From assembly GCA_964489445.1 (NCBI GenBank), contig CAZAYU010000003.1, positions 134,715 to 198,714 of the forward strand: a stretch of 64,000 nucleotides of DNA, in the 5' to 3' direction. The notes beneath the pieces were generated by a model. That model was given only the letters and a program-made list of their open reading frames with translations. It was not told the origin of the DNA and ran no database searches. A program made the position numbers and the translations under genes. The DNA is from an uncultured Planctomycetia bacterium. Lineage in GTDB: Bacteria > Omnitrophota > Gorgyraeia > Duberdicusellales > 4484-171. Of this stretch, positions 9,619-19,956 are shown piece by piece (positions within the stretch are counted from its first letter, which is position 1; the number at the start of each line of letters is the position of its first letter).

Positions 9619-11616
9619 ATGAACAGTGATGTCATGAATAAAAAAACTTTTCTTTTATGCGGGCATGCTCAATCAGGGAAAACATCTTTGGCGGAATGTA
9701 TTTTATTTAAAACTGGCGCTACCAGTCGGTTAGGAAGAGTAGATAATCAAACGACGATTAGTGATTATGAGGATGATGAGAAAGATCGCAAAAGTTCGAT
9801 TAATTTAGCAGTTCTGGGTACTAAATATAAAGGAACTATTGCGTTACAATTTATAGATACTCCTGGGTATCTGGATTTTATTGGAGAGGTTGTTTCTGGT
9901 GTTCGGGCTGTTGATTTTGCGATTATGGTGGTAGATGCTGTAGAGGGAATAGGTATTGGGACAGAAAAAACATGGGCGCTACTAAGGAAAGAGAATATTC
10001 CTTGTTTATTCTTTGTTAATAAGCTGGATAAAGAAAATACTAATTTTAACCATATAGTAAAAGATATAAGAGACAACCTAACAAAAAGCGCAATTAGCTT
10101 TTGTATTCCAGAAGAAAACTCAGTAATAAATATTTTAAAACACAAAGATAAGGATGCTGTTTTGTATAATAAAGCTATGGAAACAATTGCAGAAAGCGAT
10201 GATGTTCTTTGTGAAGAATACCTAGACACAGGCTCTTTAGCGGCAGAGGAAATAATTCCATCTCTTAAAAAAGCAGTTATTAGTTCTCGGATTTTTCCGG
10301 TAATTGGCGGTTCAGCGATTAAAGAATTAGGGATAGATATTTTACTTGAATTTATTTCTGAAATAATGCCTTCAGTGGGAGAATCATCACCTAGGAAGGC
10401 CAAAGATAAAGAAGGAAAAGAAGTAATTGTTGAGCCAAAGATAGATTCACCATTTTGTGGACAAGTGTTTAAAACTGTGATTGATCCGTTCGTGGGCCAG
10501 CTTAATATTATCCGGGTGTTTTCTGGAAAAATAGATTCAAATGCTGATTTTTTTAATTTTAGCAAAGAGCATAAAGAAAAGTTTGGCCAGATTTATTCTT
10601 TACAGGGAAAACAGCAGGTTGCTCAGGAAGGAGTTTGTGTGGGGGATATTGTTGCAGTGGCTAAGCTAAAGGATACACAAACATCTGATACTATTTGTGT
10701 CAGATCTCGTCTTGTAGAATTTTCGAAGTTAGAGTTTCCTTCACCTGCTTATTCGGCTTCGGTCAAACCAAAAACCAGACAGGATGAGGATAAGATATCT
10801 TCAGTGTTAACCCGGTTAACAAGTGAAGATCCTACTTGCAGTGTGTCGCGTGATGCTCAAACTAAGGAGTTAATAATTTCAGGTATGGGCGAATTACATA
10901 TCCATGTAATTATTGAAAGGATGAAGAGAAAATATCAAGCTAATGTGGAGCTAGGAACACCGAAGGTTCCTTATTTTGAAACCATTACTAAGGAAGTAAG
11001 AGTATCTCATAAATATAAGAAACAAACAGGTGGGAGAGGACAATACGGCGATGTTTCAATTATTGTGCAACCCTTAGAGAGAGGGTGTAAATTTGAGTTT
11101 GTAAATAAAATTGTCGGAGGTGCAATCCCACGTAATTTTATTCCTTCGGTAGAGAAAGGAATTCGCAAGGCAATGGCTGAAGGATTTTTAGCCGGCTATC
11201 CGATAACGGATGTCCGAGTAACCTTGTTTGATGGATCATATCATCCGGTTGATTCGTCAGATATGGCTTTTCAGATTGCCGCTTCAATGGCCTTGAAAGA
11301 TGCGTTTAAACAAACAGGAAGTGTATTACTTGAGCCGATCATGAATATAGAAGTAGTTGCTCCGGAGGAAGTAATGGGGCAAATTACCGGCGATATTAAT
11401 AGCCGTAGAGGTAGGGTCATGGGTATGGAGTCGAAAGGCAAGAATGAAGTTGTTAAAGCCCATGTTCCTTTAGCGGAAATGTTCAAGTATACTTCTGATT
11501 TACGTTCAGTTACCGGAGGCCGGGGTAGCTATACAATGAGTTTTTCTAACTACGAGATTGTTCCATCTCGGATTGCTCAAGGACTTGTAGAAAAAATAAA
11601 GAAAACGGAAGAATAA
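9619..11616 (+). CDS. Elongation factor G family GTPase (EF-G paralog-like)
   Basis: Strong SD (AAGGAGGAG) 8 nt upstream. P-loop 'GHAQSGKTS', 'DTPGYLDF', the NKLD motif and EF-G domain IV/V-like C-terminal region. 665 aa, slightly shorter than canonical EF-G. Confidence 0.85.
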   Translation: MNSDVMNKKTFLLCGHAQSGKTSLAECILFKTGATSRLGRVDNQTTISDYEDDEKDRKSSINLAVLGTKYKGTIALQFIDTPGYLDFIGEVVSGVRAVDFAIMVVDAVEGIGIGTEKTWALLRKENIPCLFFVNKLDKENTNFNHIVKDIRDNLTKSAISFCIPEENSVINILKHKDKDAVLYNKAMETIAESDDVLCEEYLDTGSLAAEEIIPSLKKAVISSRIFPVIGGSAIKELGIDILLEFISEIMPSVGESSPRKAKDKEGKEVIVEPKIDSPFCGQVFKTVIDPFVGQLNIIRVFSGKIDSNADFFNFSKEHKEKFGQIYSLQGKQQVAQEGVCVGDIVAVAKLKDTQTSDTICVRSRLVEFSKLEFPSPAYSASVKPKTRQDEDKISSVLTRLTSEDPTCSVSRDAQTKELIISGMGELHIHVIIERMKRKYQANVELGTPKVPYFETITKEVRVSHKYKKQTGGRGQYGDVSIIVQPLERGCKFEFVNKIVGGAIPRNFIPSVEKGIRKAMAEGFLAGYPITDVRVTLFDGSYHPVDSSDMAFQIAASMALKDAFKQTGSVLLEPIMNIEVVAPEEVMGQITGDINSRRGRVMGMESKGKNEVVKAHVPLAEMFKYTSDLRSVTGGRGSYTMSFSNYEIVPSRIAQGLVEKIKKTEE

Positions 11617-11671
11617 TTTTTTAGTTGTTTAATATTTTGTAAAAACAGACAAATATCACTTAGGAGAAATA

Positions 11672-12367
11672 ATGAAAATATATAATTTTGGGTTAAATAT
11701 TGAGCCGGGAAAGTACAAGTACAAGAATAATTATTTTAATAAATTAGTGGAAAAATTTTCACCAAAAGTAGTAACCCCTTATGTAGTAGAATTTTTAGAT
11801 ACAGATATTGATCGGTGTGAAGCAGTAGTTTTTGATAAAGAAAAAAGATTAGACTTTGTTTTAATTGATTTAGAAAAGATAGAGAAAAGGGTTATAAAGT
11901 CAGATGATGAAAATGAAAAAAAAATATTGCAGAAAGCTCAAGAGGCATTAGAGACAGAATCTTTATTGAACGAGGTAAGTTTTTCCGAAGAAGAAAAAGA
12001 AGTATTAAAAACGCTACAGCTAGTTACTCTAAAGCCTGCTGTTGAAAAGAATGCTTCAGAAGATATACACATAAATGAGCTGCTAAGTGATCTTTTATGT
12101 AAGGCAGAGATAATTTTATTTTTTACTGCCGGCAAAAAAGAAGTACATGCGTGGAGTGTTAAAAAAGGGGAAAATATTTTAGAAGCAGCCGGTAAAATTC
12201 ACAGCGATTTAAAAAGAGGATTTATCAAAGGAGAAGTTGTTAGCTGCCAGCATTTAGATGATTTTTTTAATATTGCTGAAGCAAAGTCTCGTGGGTTTGT
12301 AAAAATTGTTGACCGAGATTATCTAATGCAGGAGGCAGATATTATTGAGATTCGGTTTAATGTCTAA
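11672..12367 (+). CDS. YchF-like protein lacking the N-terminal P-loop G domain (helical plus TGS/DUF933 C-terminal domains only)
   Basis: C-terminal 'FFTAGKKEVHAWSVKKGENILEAAGKIHSDLKRGFIKGEVV...IIEIRFNV' aligns to the YchF TGS domain ('[36 protein letters not shown]...VMNFLFNV'). There is no GxxxxGKS motif at the N-terminus. Confidence 0.7.
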   Translation: MKIYNFGLNIEPGKYKYKNNYFNKLVEKFSPKVVTPYVVEFLDTDIDRCEAVVFDKEKRLDFVLIDLEKIEKRVIKSDDENEKKILQKAQEALETESLLNEVSFSEEEKEVLKTLQLVTLKPAVEKNASEDIHINELLSDLLCKAEIILFFTAGKKEVHAWSVKKGENILEAAGKIHSDLKRGFIKGEVVSCQHLDDFFNIAEAKSRGFVKIVDRDYLMQEADIIEIRFNV

Positions 12368-12468
12368 AAAATGATTACAGTGATTTTGGGAATGATTACA
12401 GAGGTTGAGAGAATAATTATAGTGATCAGAATTTAGGTGGGGTTAGAAATAAAAAAAAGGTATAGTAT

Positions 12469-13983
12469 ATGTTAAAAATTAGGAGAGCGTTAATAAGTGT
12501 TTGGGAGAAGAAAGGGATAGTTGATTTTGCCAAAAAATTAGCTGGATTAAATATTGAAATAATTTCTACTGGGAAAACAGCGAAATTATTAAGAAGAAGT
12601 GGATTAGTGGTCAAAGATGTTGCCAGTTTAACTTCTTTTCCGGAGATACTTTCTGGAAGGGTCAAAACTCTTCATCCAAAAATATTTGGGGGAATCTTAG
12701 CCAATAAAAAACATCCACTGCATATCGAAGAAATAAGAGGGCTAGGGATTCAGCCGATTGATATGGTTGTAGTGAGCCTTTATCCTTTTGTTGAAAAGAT
12801 AAAAGATAATTTAAGCCATGATGAAATGATTGAATATATCGATATTGGTGGTCCTTCAATGTTGCGTGCAGCGGCTAAAAATTTCAAAAATGTTGCTAGC
12901 TTAAGTCAATCGCATCAATACAAGATGATTTTAGAAGAGCTTAAGAAGAATAAAGGGTTTATCTCTAATGAAACTCTTAAAACACTGGCAGAAGATGCTT
13001 TTTATACGACTAAAGAATACGATAATGCTATTTACAATTTCTTCAAAGGTAAAAACATCTTAACTTGGAATTTAGAAGAAACGCATTCTTTGCGTTATGG
13101 AGAAAATCCGCATCAGAAAAGCGCGCTATATAAATTAGCTGAAGGAGGCAGTTTAAAATTCAAGCAACTTCAGGGTAAAGAGCTATCGTATAATAACTTC
13201 TTAGATTTAGATACAGCTATTCAGCAGGTAAATGAGTTTACTCATCCAGCAGCAGCAATCGTTAAACATGCTTCTATTTGCGGGGTAGGAGTAGATAAAA
13301 AGTTATCTTTGGCATACAAAAAAGCTTATTGTTGTGACAAGCTATCTAGCTTTGGCGGAGTAATTAGCCTGAATAAAAAAGTAGATAAGGAAACTGCTCG
13401 GCAAATTATTAAAAGCGAGTTTAAAGAATGTATAGTGGCTTTTGCCTATTCGCGTGAAGCGCTGAAGATATTTTCCACGAAGAAAAATATGAGGGTTATA
13501 GAAATTGATGTGACAAAAAAAATAAGCACACCTAATGTAAAAACAACTTTATTCGGATGTCTTATTCAAGGGAAGGATGTTGTGGGTTTAGACAAAAATA
13601 AATTAAAAGTAGTTACTAGAAGAAAGCCTACTTCCCGAGAATTAAAAGATCTTATTTTTGCTTGGAAGGTAGTGAAGATGGTTAAGTCTAATGCGATTGT
13701 TATAGCTAAAAATTGTTCAGTTCTCGGAATTGGAGGGGGGCAACCTTCTCGAGTGGGTGCAGTTAAAATAGCAATTCAAAAAGCAACCGGCTCTTTAAAG
13801 CTTGCTACATTAGCGTCGGATGGATTCTTTCCGAAACCAGATTCGATAAAAGTAGCTTATAAAAAAGGAATCAAGGCAATAATCCAGCCCGGAGGATCGA
13901 TCAAAGATCAGGAAGTCATAGATATGTGCGATAAATTAGGCATTAGCATGGTTTTTACAGGCATTCGCCATTTTCGTCATTGA
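12469..13983 (+). CDS. purH: Bifunctional AICAR formyltransferase / IMP cyclohydrolase
   Basis: 'RALISVWEKKGIVDFAKKL...GRVKTLHPKIFGGIL...QPIDMVVVSLYPF' are typical PurH MGS-like and AICARFT domains. Confidence 0.9.
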   Translation: MLKIRRALISVWEKKGIVDFAKKLAGLNIEIISTGKTAKLLRRSGLVVKDVASLTSFPEILSGRVKTLHPKIFGGILANKKHPLHIEEIRGLGIQPIDMVVVSLYPFVEKIKDNLSHDEMIEYIDIGGPSMLRAAAKNFKNVASLSQSHQYKMILEELKKNKGFISNETLKTLAEDAFYTTKEYDNAIYNFFKGKNILTWNLEETHSLRYGENPHQKSALYKLAEGGSLKFKQLQGKELSYNNFLDLDTAIQQVNEFTHPAAAIVKHASICGVGVDKKLSLAYKKAYCCDKLSSFGGVISLNKKVDKETARQIIKSEFKECIVAFAYSREALKIFSTKKNMRVIEIDVTKKISTPNVKTTLFGCLIQGKDVVGLDKNKLKVVTRRKPTSRELKDLIFAWKVVKMVKSNAIVIAKNCSVLGIGGGQPSRVGAVKIAIQKATGSLKLATLASDGFFPKPDSIKVAYKKGIKAIIQPGGSIKDQEVIDMCDKLGISMVFTGIRHFRH

Positions 13984-14090
13984 ATCAAAGTAAATCATTA
14001 AACATGGATTTGGCTGAGTTAATAAATAACAGTCGAATAATTGTAATATTTATTACTACAAGTAGTTTCTATTAAATAGCTATATAATAA

Positions 14091-15467
14091 ATGAATTATC
14101 ATCAAGTTGAAAAATATCTTGGTTCTTTTATAAATCACGAAAAGTGTTTAAATTTTTCTTATAGCGACTTAAAGATAGAGAGAGTTAAATTGCTGTTTAA
14201 ACATCTGGATATTTTTTGCGAAAAATTAAATATTGTTCATATTGCTGGCACCAAAGGAAAGGGGTCTACAGCGCATATTTGTGCATGCTTGATTGCATCT
14301 TCTGGGCACAAGGCAGGTCTTTACACTTCACCTCATATATTTGATTTTCGAGAGAGAATAAAGATAGCTTACGGTTTGAGATCTACAGATTGTAGCTATA
14401 AGTTAAGGAATAGAGGATTAAAGAAAAAAATAATCAGCGAAATGATTTCTAAAAACGATGTAGTAGAAATTGTAGGAAAGATAAAGAAAAAAATAAAAAA
14501 AATTAAATTTTCTAAGACTTTAGGAATGCCAACTTTTTTTGAATTATATACGGCAATTGCCTTAAAATATTTTTTAAATAAAGAGCTAGAATTTGCTGTT
14601 TTAGAAACAGGGCTAGGAGGAAGATTAGATGCAACTAATATCGTTAACCCTCGAGTTTCAGTTATTACGCATGTGGGTTATGACCACACAGATAAATTAG
14701 GAAAACGATTAAGTGATATTGCTTTAGAAAAAACGGGAATTATTAAAAATGGTATTCCGGTAATTAGCGCTAAACAAAGAAGCTCTGTAGAAAAAATAAT
14801 TGTTTGTCAGAGCCGCAGGAATAATGCTCCGTTGTTTATATACGGACGTGATTTTAAATCATCAAATATTGTAATTAAAAATAACTTTACACTATTTGAT
14901 TTCCAATTTCAGGGCAAAAAAATAAAAAATTTACAAATTAAGCTTAAAGGAGAGCACCAAATTGAGAATGCTTGTTGTGCTTTAGCTGCTACTCATTTAT
15001 TGAATAAGTCTGGGATAATTAAACAGAGAATAAGGGAAAGGCAAGGATTGTCTGAAGTTACGCTAGAGGGGAGATTCGAGATTTTCAAAAAAAAGCCATT
15101 GGTGGTTATGGATATTGCACACAATTGTTCTTCTTTTTTAACATTGCAAAATAGTTTAGATGTTTATTTTCCCAAAAAAAAGATTATTTTAGTTTTTGCT
15201 TGTTCTCAAGATAAAGATCCGGTGGCAATGCTTAAATTAATAAGATATGATAGTATAGTTATTACTAAATTTCATAATTCGCGTGCACAAAGCCCAGAGA
15301 ACATTAGAAGTAAGTGCAGAATAAAACAAGCATTTATTGCTAACGACGTAAAGGAGTCTTTTTCTGTAGCTGGAAAAATAGCTGATAAAGATTCCTTAAT
15401 CTTAATCAGTGGATCTGTGTTTTTAGTTAGTGAAGCCAAAAGGATTCTAGCAAGGTGCAATATATGA
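14091..15467 (+). CDS. folC: Folylpolyglutamate synthase / dihydrofolate synthase
   Basis: Mur-ligase family P-loop 'HIAGTKGKGST' and FolC-like N-terminus. Its stop overlaps the mnmE start (ATGA). Confidence 0.85.
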   Translation: MNYHQVEKYLGSFINHEKCLNFSYSDLKIERVKLLFKHLDIFCEKLNIVHIAGTKGKGSTAHICACLIASSGHKAGLYTSPHIFDFRERIKIAYGLRSTDCSYKLRNRGLKKKIISEMISKNDVVEIVGKIKKKIKKIKFSKTLGMPTFFELYTAIALKYFLNKELEFAVLETGLGGRLDATNIVNPRVSVITHVGYDHTDKLGKRLSDIALEKTGIIKNGIPVISAKQRSSVEKIIVCQSRRNNAPLFIYGRDFKSSNIVIKNNFTLFDFQFQGKKIKNLQIKLKGEHQIENACCALAATHLLNKSGIIKQRIRERQGLSEVTLEGRFEIFKKKPLVVMDIAHNCSSFLTLQNSLDVYFPKKKIILVFACSQDKDPVAMLKLIRYDSIVITKFHNSRAQSPENIRSKCRIKQAFIANDVKESFSVAGKIADKDSLILISGSVFLVSEAKRILARCNI

Positions 15468-16897
15468 GTAAATTAAATATTAAAGGATACGATGTAAACG
15501 ATACGATTGTGGCAATTGCTACATTTCCTTCTCGATCAGCTTTAGCGGTTATCAAGTTGTCTGGTAAGAAAGCATTACCAATTATTGGAAAGGTGTTTAA
15601 ACCGGCAAGAAATAAAAATATTTGCAAGGCAAAAACACACACGCTGCATTATGGGTGGATTGTCGATGAACAAAAAATGATAAATGATAAAGGAAAAAGG
15701 ATAAAGGAAAAAGAAAAGATTATTGATGAGGTATTAGTGAGTATTATGCGTAAGCCGCATTCTTATACCCGGGAAGATGTTGTAGAGGTTTCTGCTCATG
15801 GAGGATCTGCTTCAGTAAATAAAATTTTAGAAATAATGTTAAAACAAGGAGCTCGATTAAGCTTGCCGGGAGAGTTTACATATAGAGCGTTTTTAAGTGG
15901 AAGAATTGACCTACTACAGGTAGAAGGTGTTTTGAGCGTTGTTGAGGCAAAAACAGCTGATTCATTGACATTGGCATCTTCTCAGATAAAAGGAGAATCA
16001 ACGAATAAATTGCTGGTGCTTAAACAAGAAATAAAAGAATTATTTATCGAAACAGAAGGCGTGCTTAACTTTCCGGAAAGCGAAGCAGGAATTCATTATT
16101 CGATGCTAGGCAAGAAAATAAAAGAAATCAAGATGAAAGTAGATAAATTTTTAAAAGGAAGCTGTAAGGCACGGTATATTCAGGAAGGGTTTCGCTGTGT
16201 TATTTGTGGAAAAGCTAATGCTGGAAAATCTACCCTGTTTAATTATTTTCTTAAGGAGGAGAGAGCGATTGTTAGCAGGCAAAAAGGAACTACCAGGGAT
16301 GTTATTAAGTCAGAGATAAACATCCAGGGAGTTTTATTAAGGATGTATGATACTGCTGGAATTTTAGAGCCAAAAGATATAATTACTAAAAAAGCATTAA
16401 AAAAAACATTCCAAGCGTTTACAAAGGCTGATTTAGTAATTTTAGTTCTAGATGCTTCTCGAAAATTAGATAAGGATGATTTTTTCCTTTTGGATAAAAT
16501 AAAAGAAAAGAATACAATTCTACTAGTTAATAAGATTGATATTGCCAGAAAGGAAGTATTAAACCAAATAGCAGGTATAAAAGAGAAAAAGATAAAAATC
16601 AGTGTGCTGAAAAATATTGGTTTAGGAAATTTAGAAAAAGTAGTTTATAATAAAGTATACAAACGGGGGTTTGACCGGGAAAGTATTTTATTCTTAAATT
16701 ATTATCAGCAGGAAGTCTTGGAAAGACTGAAAGAAAGGCTTGAGCAAATTACAATGTTTTTAAAGCAAAAGTACACTATTGATTTTGTGGATTTAACTTT
16801 AAAGGAGTGCTTAGATGACTTAAGCCGGATATGTGGAGAAGTTGTTTCTGAAGAAGTGCTAGAGAAAATATTTTCAAGATTTTGTATCGGCAAGTAA
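15455..16897 (+). CDS. mnmE: tRNA modification GTPase MnmE (TrmE). The likely true start is the ATG at 15464
   Basis: 'DTIVAIATFPSRSALAVIKLSG', G domain 'GKANAGKSTLFN...TTRD' and the hallmark C-terminal 'CIGK'. Confidence 0.9.
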   Translation: MQYMSKLNIKGYDVNDTIVAIATFPSRSALAVIKLSGKKALPIIGKVFKPARNKNICKAKTHTLHYGWIVDEQKMINDKGKRIKEKEKIIDEVLVSIMRKPHSYTREDVVEVSAHGGSASVNKILEIMLKQGARLSLPGEFTYRAFLSGRIDLLQVEGVLSVVEAKTADSLTLASSQIKGESTNKLLVLKQEIKELFIETEGVLNFPESEAGIHYSMLGKKIKEIKMKVDKFLKGSCKARYIQEGFRCVICGKANAGKSTLFNYFLKEERAIVSRQKGTTRDVIKSEINIQGVLLRMYDTAGILEPKDIITKKALKKTFQAFTKADLVILVLDASRKLDKDDFFLLDKIKEKNTILLVNKIDIARKEVLNQIAGIKEKKIKISVLKNIGLGNLEKVVYNKVYKRGFDRESILFLNYYQQEVLERLKERLEQITMFLKQKYTIDFVDLTLKECLDDLSRICGEVVSEEVLEKIFSRFCIGK

Positions 16898-16948
16898 AAG
16901 ACTAAAACATACAATTATAAAGAAATATTAAATTAATGGAGGATTAAA

Positions 16949-17500
16949 GTGGATAAGAAAAAAATAGAAAAAGCAGTCAAAATGATTCTAGAGGCGGTAG
17001 GAGCTGATGTAAAAGCCAAGGATATAGCCGCTACCCCTAAAAGAGTAGCAGAAATGTATGAAGAAATTCTTCAAGGTCAGTTTAAGGATGCTGGCGAGGA
17101 GATAAATATTATTTTAGAGCAAAAGCATGACGAGATTATTCTTTTAAAGAATATTCCACTCCATAGTCTATGCGAACATCATTTGATTCCGTTCATCGGG
17201 AAAGTTCATGTTGCTTATATTCCGGATAAAAGAATCACTGGGTTAAGCAAAATTGCCCGGGTGGTAGATGTACTAGCCAAACGATTACAGGTTCAGGAAC
17301 GACTTACTACAGAAATAGCGGGTATTATTATGAAAAGATTGAAACCTAAAGGGGTTATGGTCGTTGTGGAAGCCGAGCATTTGTGTATGTCAATGCGTGG
17401 TGTTAAAAAAGCAGGAGCTTCAACCGTAACTTCTGTTGTTCGGGGAGTATTTCGTACGAACTCAAAGACTCGGCAGGAAGCGATGAGTCTTATAAAATAA
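16949..17500 (+). CDS. folE: GTP cyclohydrolase I
   Basis: GTG start with GGAGGA SD. '[22 protein letters not shown]' and '[14 protein letters not shown]' are FolE signatures. Confidence 0.9.
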   Translation: MDKKKIEKAVKMILEAVGADVKAKDIAATPKRVAEMYEEILQGQFKDAGEEINIILEQKHDEIILLKNIPLHSLCEHHLIPFIGKVHVAYIPDKRITGLSKIARVVDVLAKRLQVQERLTTEIAGIIMKRLKPKGVMVVVEAEHLCMSMRGVKKAGASTVTSVVRGVFRTNSKTRQEAMSLIK

Positions 17501-17505
17501 GCAAT

Positions 17506-18045
17506 ATGAGCATAGTTACAAAAAAGGGCGACTTAGGAAAAACTTTTCTGTATAATGGCAGAAAAGTTAGCAAAAGCCATGTGTTGGTTGAAGCCTGTGG
17601 AGAGATTGATGAGCTAAGTTCTTACTTAGGTGCGGCTAAAAGTATTGCCAAGAGAAAAAAAGTAAAAAGAATTATTGAAGTAGTACAAAAAGATTTGTTG
17701 TTGGTAGGATCTGAAATCTCTTGCGGAAGCAAAAAAATAGTTAATTCTAAAATAAATATTGGGACTTTACAAATAAAATATATCGAAAATTTAATAAAAA
17801 GCATAGAAAAACAAAATGTGTTTTCCGGAAAAAAATTTTGTTTAAGTGGGAAAAATCTTTCTTCCAGTATGCTAGATATTGCCAGGAGTGTAGCCAGAAG
17901 GGCAGAAAGAAAGATAGTGGTTTTAGTGGGGAAAAAAAAGATAAACAATATTAATATGATTGTTTACTTGAATAGATTGTCTGATTTTATTTATTTGTTG
18001 GCTCGGCTGGAAGAATATCCGGCTTCTAAGAAAGTTAATTTTTAA
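17506..18045 (+). CDS. ATP:cob(I)alamin adenosyltransferase, PduO/MMAB type
   Basis: N-terminal 'TKKGDLGKTFLYNGRKVSKSHVLVEACGEIDELSSYLG' matches the PduO-type adenosyltransferase family. Confidence 0.75.
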   Translation: MSIVTKKGDLGKTFLYNGRKVSKSHVLVEACGEIDELSSYLGAAKSIAKRKKVKRIIEVVQKDLLLVGSEISCGSKKIVNSKINIGTLQIKYIENLIKSIEKQNVFSGKKFCLSGKNLSSSMLDIARSVARRAERKIVVLVGKKKINNINMIVYLNRLSDFIYLLARLEEYPASKKVNF

Positions 18046-18085
18046 CCCAAGTAGCAAAAAAACATAAACTTCAATCAATAAATTT

Positions 18086-19090
18086 ATGAGAGAAGCAATG
18101 TTGTATAATCGGTTGGAAAATAATACAGTTCTTTGCTGTCTTTGTCCTCATGCTTGTAAAATTGCCTCTGGGCTGGCAGGCATTTGTCGGGTAAGGAAAA
18201 ATAACAATGGAGTATTAAATACACTTAATTATTCAAAAGCTGTTGCCCAGAATATTGATCCAATTGAAAAAAAACCTCTATATCATTTTTTTCCCGCAAC
18301 TAAAGCATATTCTGTTGCAGCGCCAGGGTGTAATTTTAAGTGTGGCTTTTGTCAAAATTGGCAGATTTCTCAAGATTTCCAAGCAGATATTCTATCTTTA
18401 GTAAGCGATGTTTTGCCAGAGCATATTGTCAAATGTGCCAAAGAGGAAAATTGTAAAAGCATCGCTTATACCTATACAGAGCCAATTGTGTTTTTTGAAT
18501 ATATGTATGAAACTGCTAAATTAGCGCAAGAAGAAGGGATCAAAAATGTTTTAATTACCAATGGATTTATTACCCAAGAAGCTTTAGCGCAGATTATTCC
18601 TTATTTAGATGCGGTTAATGTTGATTTGAAAAGTTTTAATGATGATTTTTACGTTAAAAATTGCCATGGACACCTAAAGCCAGTATTAGAAACAATTAAG
18701 TGTTTGAAGGAAAATAATGTATGGACGGAAGTTACTACTTTAGTTATTCCAAAGTGTAATGATTCTTTAGAAGAGCTGAGACAAATTGCTGATTTTATAG
18801 TTAGCATCGGGAAGGAAATTCCCTGGCATATTAGTAGATTCCATCCAGAGTATCATTTTACAGATTATAAGGCGACCTCGTTAGATGTTTTGGATGATGC
18901 GTTTAAGCAAGCGAAATTATCCGGATTAGATTATGTTTATTTAGGCAACACAGAAAACAAAAATAATACTTGTTGTGCTGCCTGTAATGTTCTATTAGTT
19001 AGAAGGTACGGGTTTAATGTTGCCGAAAATATTATTGAGAACAGTCATTGTCCTTCTTGTGGAAAATTTATTGATGGTGTGTTTAATTAA
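18086..19090 (+). CDS. Radical SAM enzyme, AmmeMemoRadiSam-system (PflA-like activase) family
   Basis: N-terminal 'CCLCPHACKIASGLAGICRVRKNNNG' plus later cysteine clusters (CNFKCGFCQNW; C-terminal CxxC...CPSC). Confidence 0.7.
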   Translation: MREAMLYNRLENNTVLCCLCPHACKIASGLAGICRVRKNNNGVLNTLNYSKAVAQNIDPIEKKPLYHFFPATKAYSVAAPGCNFKCGFCQNWQISQDFQADILSLVSDVLPEHIVKCAKEENCKSIAYTYTEPIVFFEYMYETAKLAQEEGIKNVLITNGFITQEALAQIIPYLDAVNVDLKSFNDDFYVKNCHGHLKPVLETIKCLKENNVWTEVTTLVIPKCNDSLEELRQIADFIVSIGKEIPWHISRFHPEYHFTDYKATSLDVLDDAFKQAKLSGLDYVYLGNTENKNNTCCAACNVLLVRRYGFNVAENIIENSHCPSCGKFIDGVFN

Positions 19091-19105
19091 GATGAGCGGC
19101 TGACC

Positions 19106-19525
19106 ATGTTATTTAAAAAAAGAAGTAAGTTGTTATTGGTAGGAGTGGGAAAATTTTCTAGTAGCATTTTAGAAAAAATAAAATCACTAAATGTAGATGA
19201 TAAAGTTTTATTTGATGTACGTTTATCTTTAGAGGAAGCGCTGATTAATGCTGTTCAACATGGAAATAAAGCGGATAAGAAAAAGAAAGTGCTTGTGGAA
19301 GCGTATATCGATAATGATTGTCTGTATGTCAAGGTGGAAGATGAAGGGAAAGGATTTAATAGTGAAAATACTACTTCTTCTATTGAAGACAGGAATATTG
19401 AAAAACTATCTGGTCGCGGAGTTTTTTTAATAAAACAATGTATGGATAAAGTAAAATTTTCTAAGGGCGGAAGCCGAATAGTAATGGTAAAATATTTAAA
19501 TACGCACAGGAAACAAGAAGAATGA
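19106..19525 (+). CDS. Anti-sigma regulatory factor-like Ser/Thr kinase (RsbW/SpoIIAB-type HATPase_c)
   Basis: 'LEEALINAVQHGN' (N-box), 'VEDEGKGF' (G1) and 'GRGVFLIKQCMDKV' (G2), ~140 aa. Confidence 0.6.
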   Translation: MLFKKRSKLLLVGVGKFSSSILEKIKSLNVDDKVLFDVRLSLEEALINAVQHGNKADKKKKVLVEAYIDNDCLYVKVEDEGKGFNSENTTSSIEDRNIEKLSGRGVFLIKQCMDKVKFSKGGSRIVMVKYLNTHRKQEE

Positions 19526-19623
19526 ATCAGATGGGTATAATCTCAGGGTTTGGGTGCAGCGTTAATAGGATAAATTCTTTTATTTAGTAATTTTTGTGTG
19601 ATAATTAAGCATGGAGGTAGAAA

Positions 19624-19956
19624 ATGAAAATAACTGAAGACAGGAAAGGAGAAATGCTCATTTACCGTCTTAAGGGAGATGTGAATTTAAGTAATTCTCC
19701 CGTGTTGCGTAAGGCTTTTGAAAGTTGTACCCAGGGTGATGTAAAAAAAGTAATTGTGGATTTTAAAGAGGTTCCCTATATTGATAGCTCAGGGTTGGCA
19801 ACTCTAATTGAGCTCTTACAGCGGCTTAAAAAAATCGGTGGTAACTTGAGAATTTGCAATTTAGATGAAAAAGTAAAAGGCATTTTTGAGGTAACGAGGT
19901 TATTTAAATTGTTTAAAATATGTGATAACGAAGATATGGCCGTGGAGGATTTTTAA
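19624..19956 (+). CDS. STAS-domain protein (anti-sigma-factor antagonist or MlaB-like)
   Basis: STAS fold motifs 'VIVDFKEVPYIDSSGLATLIEL'. It lies directly upstream of mlaE/F, so it could be MlaB, or the partner of the adjacent RsbW-like kinase. Confidence 0.72.
   Translation: MKITEDRKGEMLIYRLKGDVNLSNSPVLRKAFESCTQGDVKKVIVDFKEVPYIDSSGLATLIELLQRLKKIGGNLRICNLDEKVKGIFEVTRLFKLFKICDNEDMAVEDF

Noticed and set aside
9765-10565. 266-aa minus-strand ORF
   Set aside because: Entirely antisense to the well-supported EF-G-like gene, with low-complexity Ser/Ile-rich translation.
19248-19430. 60-aa ORF nested in the RsbW-like kinase gene
   Set aside because: Out-of-frame overlap with a better-supported gene.
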